A stretch of 64,000 nt of DNA, taken from positions 7,574,721 to 7,638,720 of the forward strand of contig MU058423.1 of NCBI GenBank assembly GCA_013265495.1, given 5' to 3'. A model generated the notes under the pieces. The model ran no database searches. It saw nothing but the letters and a program-made list of their open reading frames with translations, and was not told the DNA's origin. A program made the position numbers and the translations under genes. Source of the DNA: Vicugna vicugna. Taxonomy: Eukaryota. Positions 28,188 to 38,650 of the stretch are shown piece by piece (position 1 is the stretch's first letter; each line of letters starts with the position of its first letter).

Positions 28188-28445
28188 CTCCTTTTTTTTT
28201 TTTTTTTTACTTTTTTTTAACAATTTTTCAGTTATACGTGAACATACATATATTCATTGTTATTTTTTTTTTCGCTATGAGCTACCACAAGATCTTGTAT
28301 ATATTTCCCTGTGCTATACAGTATAATCTTGTTTATCTATTCCGCATTTTAAAATCCCAGTCTGTCCCTTCCCACACCCCGCCCTCTTGGCAACCACAAG
28401 TTTGTATTCTATGTCTATGAGTCTGTTTCTGTTTTGTATTTTTTC

Positions 28446-28811
28446 TTAGATTCCTCATATGAGTGATCTCATATGGTATTTTTCTTTCTCTTTCTGGCTT
28501 ACTTCACTTAGAATGACATTCTCCAGGAGCATCCATGTCGCTGCAAATGGCATTATGTTGCTGGTTTTTGTGGCTGAATAGCATTCCATCATATAAATAT
28601 ACCACTTCTTTATTCAGTCATCTGTTGATGGACATTTAGGCTGCTTCCATGTCTTGGCTATTGTAAATAGTGCTGCTATGAACATTGGGGTGCAGGTGTC
28701 ATTTTGAAGTAGGGTTCCTTCTGGATATATGCCCAGGAGTGGGATTCCTGGGTCCTATGGGAAGTCTATTCCTAGTCTTTTGAGGAATCTCCTTACTGTT
28801 TTCCACAATGG
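28446..28811 (-). pseudogene. L1 ORF2 C-terminal remnant, 122 codons with premature stops
   Basis: Manual translation: PLWKTVRRFLKRLGIDFP*DPGIPLLGIYP...[34 protein letters not shown]...FAATWMLLENVILSEVSQKEKEKYHMRSLI*GI*. Confidence 0.9.
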
Positions 28812-28954
28812 CTTTCCTTGCTTCCCTCTCCCACTCTTAATAATTTAGATGTCTTCTTTTACAATTTTGTGTTTATTCTTTTTGTAATTCATGACAGTTA
28901 TCTCCTTTCCAGTTATGAGTTTCTCATTTTTGTAGCATCCTGCTGCTTTTCTAT

Positions 28955-29857
28955 TTAGAGTAGACCCGTCAGTATTTCTTTTAGCATGGGTTTAGTGTTG
29001 CTAAACTCTTTCAGTTTTTGCTTGTCAGTGAAGTTCTTTATCTCTCCTTCTATTCTAAAGGATAGCCTTGCTGGATAGAGTATCCTAGGCTGCATCTTGT
29101 TTTCATTCAGGACTTTGAATATATCTTGCCACTCCCTTCTGGCCTGTCGTGTTTGTGTAGAGAAATCAGCTGAGAGCCTTATGGGGGTTCCCTTGTAACT
29201 CACTCTTTGTTTTTCTCTTGCTGCCTTTAGGATCATTTCTTTATCCTTGACTCTGGCCATCTTGATTATGATACGTCTTGGTGTAGGTCTGTTTGGGTTC
29301 TTCCTGTTTGGGACCTTCTGAGCCTCCTGTACTTGGATATCTGATTCCTTCTTTAGGTTTGGGAAGTTTTCAGTCATGATTTCTTCAAATACCTTTTCAA
29401 TCCCCTTTGTTCTTTTTTTCCCTTCTGGAACCCCTATTATGCATAGATTGTCATGCTTTATATTATCCCACAGGTCCTTTATATTGTTTTCATTGTTTTT
29501 TCTTTGTTTTTCTCTCAGCTGTTCTGATTGGGTGCTTTCTGTTGTCCTGTCTTCTAGGTCACTTATTCGTTCCTCTGCATTATCTGGCCTGCTTTGTACA
29601 GACTTTAGGTCAGCTCTCACCTCAGCAAATGAGTTTACTAATTCTACTTGGTTCTTCTTTATAGCTTCTATTTCATTTTTGACATATTTTATATCTCTAA
29701 ACACTATGTCTTTAGGTTCCTTCAGTACTTTGATCACTCCTTTTTTGAAATCTTGATCTAGCAGGCCATCGATGTCTACTTCCTTGGTCGTGCTTTCAGG
29801 GGATTCCTCTTGATCTTTTAACTGGGAGTGGTTCCTGTGCTTCTTCATATTGCTCAT
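28955..29857 (-). CDS. LINE-1 ORF1p RNA-binding protein, 300 aa, frame open
   Basis: Coiled coil (AEERISDLED), RRM (NLCIIGVPE, ENFPNL, RPTPRRIII), AAREKQ, IRLSADFS, QARREW and YPARLSF motifs; ATG to TAA with no disruption. Confidence 0.95.
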   Translation of the reverse strand: MSNMKKHRNHSQLKDQEESPESTTKEVDIDGLLDQDFKKGVIKVLKEPKDIVFRDIKYVKNEIEAIKKNQVELVNSFAEVRADLKSVQSRPDNAEERISDLEDRTTESTQSEQLREKQRKNNENNIKDLWDNIKHDNLCIIGVPEGKKRTKGIEKVFEEIMTENFPNLKKESDIQVQEAQKVPNRKNPNRPTPRRIIIKMARVKDKEMILKAAREKQRVSYKGTPIRLSADFSTQTRQARREWQDIFKVLNENKMQPRILYPARLSFRIEGEIKNFTDKQKLKEFSNTKPMLKEILTGLL

Positions 29858-31180
29858 CTCTCTCTGGCACTGTGGCTTAAGGAGTCTCAGTTATCTACTT
29901 CTCCTGGAGATGGTGTGCTCTTAATGATTTTATCGAGAGGTCTTTGTGTCTTTGCCCTGTTTTGTGAACTCAGCTTGCTGTTTCTGGAGGCCCTCTGTTG
30001 GCACCCTCACCTGTGTTGCTCCCAGCGGCTGTCGGTTAGCAGATCGTGCCCCCTCCCAACACTGGGTCAGGTACCGAGCTCTTATCTGGTGGGCGGGCAG
30101 GTCACTCCCCCTCTCTATGCCATAGTCAGATGCTGCGCTCCGACGAGGCAGGTGGGCGGATTGCGCCCCCTCCCAGCACCGCGGTCAGGTGCTGTGTTAC
30201 TGCCAGGAAGGCAGGTGGCCTCCTGCCCTCTCCCGGCGCCAGTCGCTCAGCTGCTCTGTGCAGCTGCCCGCTGCGCTTCGGGTTGGAGCTCGGAAGGCAG
30301 GCTCACAGAAGACTGTGGAACAGCCCCGCCCCTGCTCCGGGCCAAATCTCAGCTCCCTTGTCTTGGCAGCGTGAGTTCTCTGAGGTGCCAGGACAGAAAG
30401 ATCCTATCTGCTCGGGCTATAAACAAGTCTCAGTCCTGCCTAGGAGGCTGCGGAGCCCCCAGGTGCGGGTTCAGGGCCGGGCCCCGCCTGGACGCTGCAC
30501 ACAGGAGGAGATGGCGGCTGTGGCTGCGCCCTGCCTCTCTTCTCGCCAGAAGCGCCAGTAATGGTGGCCCTGGTCTGAGGAAACAAAGGCTATGGCGCCC
30601 CTCCCCCCAGGGCACACCAGCCGTGTTGCTTTGCTTTTTTCGCAATTTACAGGGAACCGAGGCGGTTCCGCTCCGTGTCCCCTCCCAGCCTCGGCGCGCA
30701 GCACCCTGTGGTCCCCCGGGGCCACCTCAGCGTAGCCGCCCCCGTCCTCCACCCGGCTCGGGCGGCCTGCTCTGGCCCCAGCTGCCGGCTCGTGTCTCGG
30801 GCTGGGTGTTGCAGGGACCTTTTGTGCCCATTTAACTCAGTTCTGTCAGTCAAGGGGCACTCAAGGCAGATCTGAGCTTCAGAGGCTCCCCCTCCGTCCC
30901 GCTGGCCTCTCCATGGAGGGGGGAGACCCAGTGAATGAGCGCCAGTCCTCCTTTGCTGCTCCCTCCCCACGGGACCAGTCCCGCACTGTTTTGCTTTTTC
31001 TTCTTTCTTTTTTCCTACCAGATTTTTGGCGTCTTTATCTTTCTAAGAGGGCGATGTTCTGTTGGAGTTCCACAGGTGCTCTAGTTGGCCAAGTGGGTCC
31101 GCAGATGTGAATTTTGGTGTATTTGTGGGAGAGGGTGAGCTACAAGCATCCTTCTGCTCCACCATCTTGCTTCTCTCTCC
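29858..31180 (-). promoter_or_regulatory. L1 5'UTR internal promoter, CpG-rich
   Basis: Most GC/CpG-rich part of the window (~30000-30980); YY1-like CAAGATGG near the 5' end (ccatcttg on + at 31162-31169). Confidence 0.8.
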
Positions 31181-31196
31181 TTCATTTCCCTTTCTT

Positions 31197-32299
31197 GCCT
31201 TACTCTGCTAGCCAAAGTCCTCCACATCAATGATTGACAGAAGTGGTGTTAACTGTCATTCTTACAAGTTTTCTGGTGTCAGGGAAAGCTTTTCAGTAAT
31301 TTTCCCAGAATGGATGACTTTTTCTTAAGGTTTTTTTTAATAAATGATTTATACTGAATTGAGGAAGTTACTTTATAATCCTTCTTTTTTATTCAGATAG
31401 TTGATGGTTTTTATCAAAAATGTATATTACATTTGATCTGAATTTTTTCTATTGATATAGTCATGCATACACATATATAAAATTAGATAAGCATAGATAT
31501 AGATATATATATTCTATGTTTATAATTATCAATCAGTAACTTTTCATTTCTTCTAAAGTCCTTTTTGGGTTCTAGAAAGAAGGTTATGTTAGACTTATAC
31601 AGTGACTTGCAGCGTGCTTCTAATCTCTGTAAGAATCTGTTCACTTTTGCAATTATTGTTTTTTTTACTGTGTGTGACACTTACCAATAAGGTCATTATG
31701 GGTCCAGAGTTTTTCTTGTGAGAAGAATTTTGATTTTTTTTTTCTATTTTTATGTTGATAGTTAATTCAAGTTTTCTGGTTGTTTTAAATTTGTGAATGG
31801 CTTCCTATCTTATTTATTTCTAAGAAAATGTTGACTTTACTTATATTTCATGCATAAGGTTATTTACAGCAAATTTTACTGTAAATATGCATTTACTATA
31901 TCCTACAACTTTTTACATATAGTATGATTGGTACTCAGCTCAAAATATTTTCTAAAATGTATGTTTTTTTATTGACCAATTGATTAGCAGGTAACTTAAG
32001 AAATATCTAGCTTAATTTTCAAATATATAAGATTTTCTGCTTATGTATTTTATGTTGATTTCTAGCTGATAGCATTTTAAACAAAGAACATTCTCAAACT
32101 GATTTAAATTCTTTGTTATCAGTTGAGATCTGATACATGAACAATTTATGATCAGTTTTTGTAAGTGTTTTACAAACTCAGCAATACTATATAATCTATG
32201 GTTTATTAGTTTCAGTTTATTATCACATTTTTCAAATCTTATATATTGTTACTGATTATGTGTCTGTTTGTTCTATCAATTGTTGAGCGGGGTTATTGA
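31197..32299 (-). mobile_element. old L1 ORF2 fragment, right part
   Basis: Continues 28020-28187; antisense ORF2 motifs gaattgaggaagtt, ttttatcaaaa, tgttgatttctag, gttctatcaattgttgag. Confidence 0.65.
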
Positions 32300-32495
32300 A
32301 AAAACTAAAAATAGAACTACCATATTAGCAATCCCACTCTTGGACATACATACTGAAAAGATGAAAACTAATTTGAAAAGATACAGACACCCCGATGTTC
32401 ATAGAAGCACTATTTACAATAGCCAAGACATGAAAACAACCTAGTGCCCATTAGCAGACAGCCAGTTTAAGAAGATATGGTGTATATATATACCC
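32300..32495 (+). mobile_element. short L1 ORF2 C-terminal fragment
   Basis: aaaactaaaaatagaactaccatat, gcaatcccactcttgg, gcactatttacaatagccaagacatg. Confidence 0.8.
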
Positions 32496-35400
32496 TGAAA
32501 TAAATAAAAATATAGAAATAATTTCATGAGGGTTTGGTTGATATAAAATTATAAGAATATAAAATGTCTCTGTACTAAAATTATTATTAAAATTCACCAT
32601 AGAAGAGATGAAGATGTTTTCTTTTTCTTGCATTTATCTGAAGACATCTTTAAATTAAAGAAGAATTTGTTGAGCAGTCACAATATCCAAAGTAGGATCT
32701 AAGAATATAATGGTGCCTACACACATGATGATTACATCTTACTGGGAAAGTCTGATGTTTGACGATAAACCAAAAACTGTTCTAGAACAAAGTAAGTTAA
32801 TTGCATATGGAATTCTCATTATAAGGCTCTTTATATTTAATGTTTTCAGCTATGTTACAAGAGTATATGAAGGGAAACAGAAAAACACTTGAGAAGACTT
32901 TCTAAATCAACCCTTTTATCTGTCAATATGCAAGAAAATCCCTTTAAGGTCTATTGCCAAGAACTTTATTCCACAGGGAGTACAGCAGAGTTTAATTTCT
33001 TAGCAAGACCATTCACAAGCTTAATAAATCTTTAGAATCCCAGTCTCAGTAATCAGAATCATGCTCTAATATATCAATATCACATCACGGGAAAATGAAA
33101 TTTTACTCCTTTTTACTTTGATGTCTAATTGTTCCTGCAGTTGACTATTTCAGAACTTTCCTTTTTCTTAAAGTTTATTTCACAGCTTTTTTATTTGTGG
33201 ATTTTGGTGACCATGTTAGGTTTATATTTTAGCACAAATGTCTTTGAAAGGTGTATGAAGATTGTTAAGAATGATTCAGTATATGATGACAAATTTTTAT
33301 TCACATTTTATTAATATTGAAAACCAAACTTCAATCTTATGACCTATGTTGAACTAACTTTAATTTAACCCAAGAAAAAGTAGTCCATGTTCACAATGTG
33401 TGATGTGTGATACTGACTGCTGTAACATACACAAAACCATATTCATATGGTAAAAAAAACTTTATAAATGTATATATTAATAGAAAAAAATACAAGTCTA
33501 TAAATTTTCTCCTGAAAATAGCTTCTAATATTTGAGAAACTTTGAAGATCTCCGTGTGCATAACTGCAGCAAGGATTTGGTACTTTTATGTGTTCCTATT
33601 ACCATGTTAGTAATTTCTTTGAAAAAAATTTCTGAACTGATTGTCAGTAGTCTTTTAACATGGGAATAAATTATAGTGTTTGGCACTGATTTGCAGATCA
33701 TTGTTCATGGCAAATCACTGTCAAGCATAATGGACTTTGTAGACAGCCATAAAAAACAAGGCTTCCTCTCATTATGGGTTCGGAACATAGTGTTGTCCAA
33801 CAATACAGACCTCGTTGTGGAGATGTGTGATATATGCTTCATGAGATCTCCCATAGTGCTCTCTTCACATGTGGTGATTTCTGACTGGTGTAGTAGAATT
33901 CTTATTTGTGGAGCCATTAGCACCTTTTCCCTAAGGGCAGCACATTCCCATTCCTTGAAGTTAAGTGACTGCCTGAGGTTTAGATTTTGGTAGTATAGAT
34001 ATGAGAAAAACAAAAAAATTTGTCTGTGGAAACATTATTATATGAGTTTTAAAAACATGCTTCTTTTTCTTTTTGTGGAAATTCTATTCCTTCTCACCAT
34101 TAAAAAAAAAATGAGATATACAAGAACTCCAGAATTTCACTTCTGAAATTAAAAATAACGGAAACTCAGATTTCTAAAATTTGGGTTGTAAATTACCAAA
34201 CATAATAGCTTCCTCCTACTCAGCTCAAAATAAATCATAGCCTAGTAAAAATGTCAATATTGACTATGTTAACCTTTATCTGATTATTTGATGAATAAAA
34301 GTAGTCTCCCTTGACATTGCAGTAAGTAGATTTTTCTTAAAGTTTGTTTAGGAAAAATACAAAGTTAAAGAGATATTGGCAGCATTACTTTGTAATATTA
34401 GAATCAAATCATTTTATAATAACTTGCAATATAACTGATTTTCATATAGTATTTTAAAACTCAAACACTCTTGATTTAAAGTAAATCAAACCTATAATTC
34501 AAAGAAACTTCTCACCTCTAAAGATTCAAACAAACAATAATATTAACAAACCTAAGTTAGGTAATATATTATCCTCTTCATTATCTGATTGCCTAAAGTG
34601 AATTTTCTCTTTTCCTAAAGTTGTAGAATGTTCTGAGTGGAAAAAGAAACACAGAACTATAAACATTATTTGGCTTAAATATTAAAACGACTAATAGTAA
34701 GGAGTTCAACAATGTAAAGCATTCTTAGTTTATAATACAAGATATTTACCACTTTTATTCTCACAATCTGGCAAAGCTGTCATTATTCGTCACATTGAGA
34801 TTACTGTGACTAATATTTCCACAGCTTTCTCAAAGTTACTAGCTAGAAAGGAGTGACTTTTAAAATATTTTAGGCTTCTTTGGCCAATCCATTAGAATAT
34901 ATCTCTGCCCTGTCGCTCACCCAAGGTTAAACATCCTCTAGTGGTGGTTGACACTAATGAGAAGGGCACATCTTAACCCACGCTTTGCCATCCCCTCTCA
35001 ACAGCAATAGTCAGTGTAGTGTCATCTGCTTTGTCAAGAGAACTTCCACTTCCATGAACTCCTTATTCTCATGCTCTTCATTTATAGTAATTCAAGTTCC
35101 TTTCGCCTACTTCCAGTTTTAGAAACTACAGTTTCAAGTCCTGGATAGAGTCTAAAGGATGCCTAGCCCGCTAAGCTGGCTAAAGCAGAATTCCTGTCAC
35201 CTCTAACAGTTACTGTTATCTCTATTCAAAACATTTCCTGCTCTCACAAATACAAGTTTTACATTGTATGACTCCTTACCCCACCAATATCTAAAGGAGT
35301 TAGGGATCTCAAAAACAAAAACCAAAAGTAAAACAAAACTCCCGGACAGTCGTTGAAGACCAGTATAAAGATTTCCACAGAAAATGTCACTTGTTTCTAG

Positions 35401-37039
35401 TTTCAAATACATCCTTATAAATCCTAAAAAACAGGAATAGGAAGGCTTTTACTTGGAGTGGTCAGCCCTTTTGCCCTAGACTCCAGCTAGCCTACTAGAA
35501 GAACTGGCTTAACTAGCATTTTCCTACGACAATCTCACAATCCAGGTATCAATAACCTTTGCCTATGTTGCTTAAATTTAGAACAGAGTTATAAATTACA
35601 AATGCTCAGGACCAAACTTGAATTGTGGTTTGGAAACCATAAGGCTCCAGCATTACCACAGAAGGGAGAATCCTGCATGAGTTCTAGTTCGGATAAAAAA
35701 AAAAAGTCTAAGTGTATCTTGGAAAGATTACTCCAGGAAAAAATCAGTCACCTGCCTAGTGGCCTGTAATACACCACACCCTTTCACAGCAGTGGAGTGA
35801 ATACAGAAGCATGCCTCTAGGCTGCACGGTGGATTGTCTGTATCTTAACCTAGTGATCTCTAGCATCTCTCCTGTTTCGAGGTTTTAGTGTCATCCTAAG
35901 GAAAAGGCATATCTAGATTATTTTAGGTAACCGCCGGTGGAGAAATATTTTCAGTGAAACCTGTATTAAATTGATAAGACATCTAAGCAGTTCCAGAATT
36001 CAACCACCAGTTCGAAAGTTCCCCAGGGTGCAAATTAACACAAGCCCCCAAATGCCTCTGTGGTCGTATATTCCAGCCTCAAATATCAATATTAACCTTT
36101 TTAATACAGTCCTTGGCATTTTCTTTCATAATCTGAGATGAGATGAACTTAAAAAATTAGAAATGTACAAATTCACTCCAATACGAAAAATTAATTTGAG
36201 AGTAAGGTAGGAGAGAAGTTTGTAATATTCATATCTGATTGAGGGGAGCACTGATTGTATGATAAGAAATCACTACAAATATAATGAAATTGCCACTCGA
36301 AAGATACCAATATATTGCTTTTCAGTGTAACTTTCTAAAAATCACTTTCTATTCTAGTATGCATCAATTTCATTATTTTGCGTGGCATGTTAAATCACTT
36401 ACACATATTACACATATTAAACATCAATTTCTAGAATACCTACTCTCAATTGCCACACTTCACATAGAGGCAGATAAGCTGTTAAAATTCACTGAGCATG
36501 ACTTTATAATTAACAATATTTACAACTGATTTTGAAAGCTATGGAGAACACCTAAAGTTGCTATAGCAGTATTATAATTTTTCATGTTCACTACATACAG
36601 AAAATAGTGCATTATTCTGAAATCAAATAGAATGAACAGCAAGCTGCAAGTCATTTATAATGCAGAAGAGAAATGGGATTGGCATGCACTATGGAAGACA
36701 CACCTGTTAAGATACACATGGACGATACTAATTAATCTGATGAATTACACTTGCTAAAGACAAATGTTCTTTGTTAAGTTTAAGCTAAAACAATCTCTTA
36801 AGGACAAAAGAGAAATAACTTCACATTTAGATTCATCATGAAAAAGATTAATTCAATCTTTCAGTCTAAGAGAGCTTAAAATGTCTGTTACACTTTTACA
36901 TCATTAAATGCAGAATGAAAAACAATTGAACTAGATGGCTGCAGAATCATATATGTAATAAGTGGATCTTCTGGATTCCTGATGTAGGCACCAGAAGAAA
37001 CAGGGTAAACTGATATGTACTGTGAAAGACAGATCCAAG

Positions 37040-37205
37040 GTATGAACTGTTGGCAGCAGTGACATCACTTTTAATCGCATTCTATTAGCTGTATCTTAGT
37101 TGCACAGCTATTTCTAAACGCAGAGGATCTGGGAAATGTAGTTACCTGGGTGCCCAGGAGGAAGAAAAGGTAGGTTTAGTGGAGAACTAGATCATCTATT
37201 CCACA
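37040..37205 (-). mobile_element. old MLT1 LTR fragment
   Basis: catcactttt...cattctattagct...ctgggaaatgtagtt...tgcccaggaggaaga...ccaca. Confidence 0.6.
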
Positions 37206-38329
37206 GGTACCTAGCTTTTATGGGTTTTAGTGTCTTCACCCTCTAATAGAGATAGTAACTCTCATATATATATATACTGCTCAAATAAAAGTTCAGAGGA
37301 AATGTATGTTAAAGGCCTTGCCTATTTGCTTCACAAAATACAGAGTAAATGTAAAATCTTAAACCTCCTTCTGTGCACAGAGGTAGACAAGATGTTTCAG
37401 TCAGTGTGCACAATGTAAGCTGAAGCACTTAATGAATACCGCATTCTGTTAGCTCTGAGCCACTGAAATTAAGAAGGAGTTAAGCATGGTGAAATAAAAG
37501 GCAGGCAGAGAGAGTAAGCTACTGAAACAATGAGATCCCCTGGAGATACCAAGTTGCAGAGGTGTAAGCTTGATTTCTAGAAAACCAGAGGAGAACTGTA
37601 GGAAATAGAATCAATGTGGCAAGTGTCATGGCAACCTAGCTGAACTGTAAGGGCAAGTACTGTCATACCCACCAGGCTCACATTTTCCGTTTCAGAATGT
37701 GACTTAAAAGACTACACATAAACAGCTACTTAGAGTTCTCCAGACCTTCATTAATTAAAATGAAATATCAGATGATCATTGAATTATCGATCAAATCAAA
37801 TTTATACACAATCGGTAGAGAGAATTTGGTTTTTGACTAGGAAACTGTGTTTATATTTTTTAGACACTGAATTAACTGAAGAAACTGTCTCATCTCGTTT
37901 CTGTGGTGAGGGGGTGGGTGAGGGACAATTAACCCCAGTCGGCAGTATTCTGTCTGCTTCTTTTGAGACTGTCAGATCAGCAGTTGCTGAATGGAGATGG
38001 TGAAGGATGGGTAACAGAAAACAATGACCAAAGGAAGTCTCTCAGAAAGGGACAGAATGCAGAAAGAGGCTGCCAATTCTCAGAGTCAAAATTGAGACCA
38101 ACTGAAATGGGAGAAAGTAAAAGAAAGCCTCAAGAAGACTTTAGGAAAACCTTGACACAGGCTTTCAATGTAGCTCCTAGATTTGCACACTGAAATGGAG
38201 AATGGTGGAGAGTGGAGCCACAGAAGACACCACCAGGAGAGGATTCCATTTCCCCAAACTCCAGGGAGAACAAAGGTAGTTTGGGGTAGTTCTGATTACC
38301 AGAAAGCTCTAAAACTCAAAGATTTCCAC

Positions 38330-38650
38330 AGGGAGGTGGAATCTCACATTGGCAGCTCCATGCTGGATTCAGCTTTCAGACACATTTTATTTGGCTCAGA
38401 GTATTTTAATTTGGGAATATTTCACATAAAAATCCAGATTTGTGGCATATCTTGAGAAACAGAATATCTGACAAGAGTCACTCTGCATTTCTCCACAAGA
38501 TCGATTAATTATGGACAATGACAGCTGAACTATCTAGACACAGACTAAGGTTTCATGTTTAATTACATTTCTTATCCCTTCCTATATGCCATCAGATATG
38601 GTTTAGTCATTACCCAGTGCCCCTAGAAGCACTTAAATTTGTGACCTCTG
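38330..38650 (-). mobile_element. MER102-like hAT-Charlie element
   Basis: tttcacataaaaatccagattt...tcttgagaaa...tatctgacaa and terminal tttgtgacctctg. Confidence 0.7.

Larger units (their letters stand above)
28188..31180 (-). mobile_element. young L1-derived element with 5'UTR and intact ORF1 but almost no ORF2 (half-L1/HAL1-like)
   Basis: Identical 16-bp TSD TTCATTTCCCTTTCTT at 28172-28187 and 31181-31196; poly(T) on + at ~28192-28218; sense 5' end GGAGAGAGAAGCAAGATGG; ORF1 at 28955-29857; ORF2 reduced to 28446-28811. Confidence 0.92.

Noticed and set aside
29376..29756. Hydrophobic plus-strand ORFs (126 and 85 aa) as membrane proteins
   Set aside because: They are antisense shadows of the A-rich L1 ORF1.
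28955..29857. ORF1 as the domesticated gene L1TD1
   Set aside because: It sits within a TSD-flanked element with L1 5'UTR, 3'UTR and poly(A), and lacks the two-domain, Glu-rich structure of L1TD1.
30000..31000. CpG island as a host gene promoter
   Set aside because: It lies wholly inside the L1 5'UTR between the TSDs.
34932..34948. CTCF-like motif CCACTAGAGGAT on the minus strand
   Set aside because: Only 10 of 12 core positions match, missing the terminal GC; not supportable without ChIP data.
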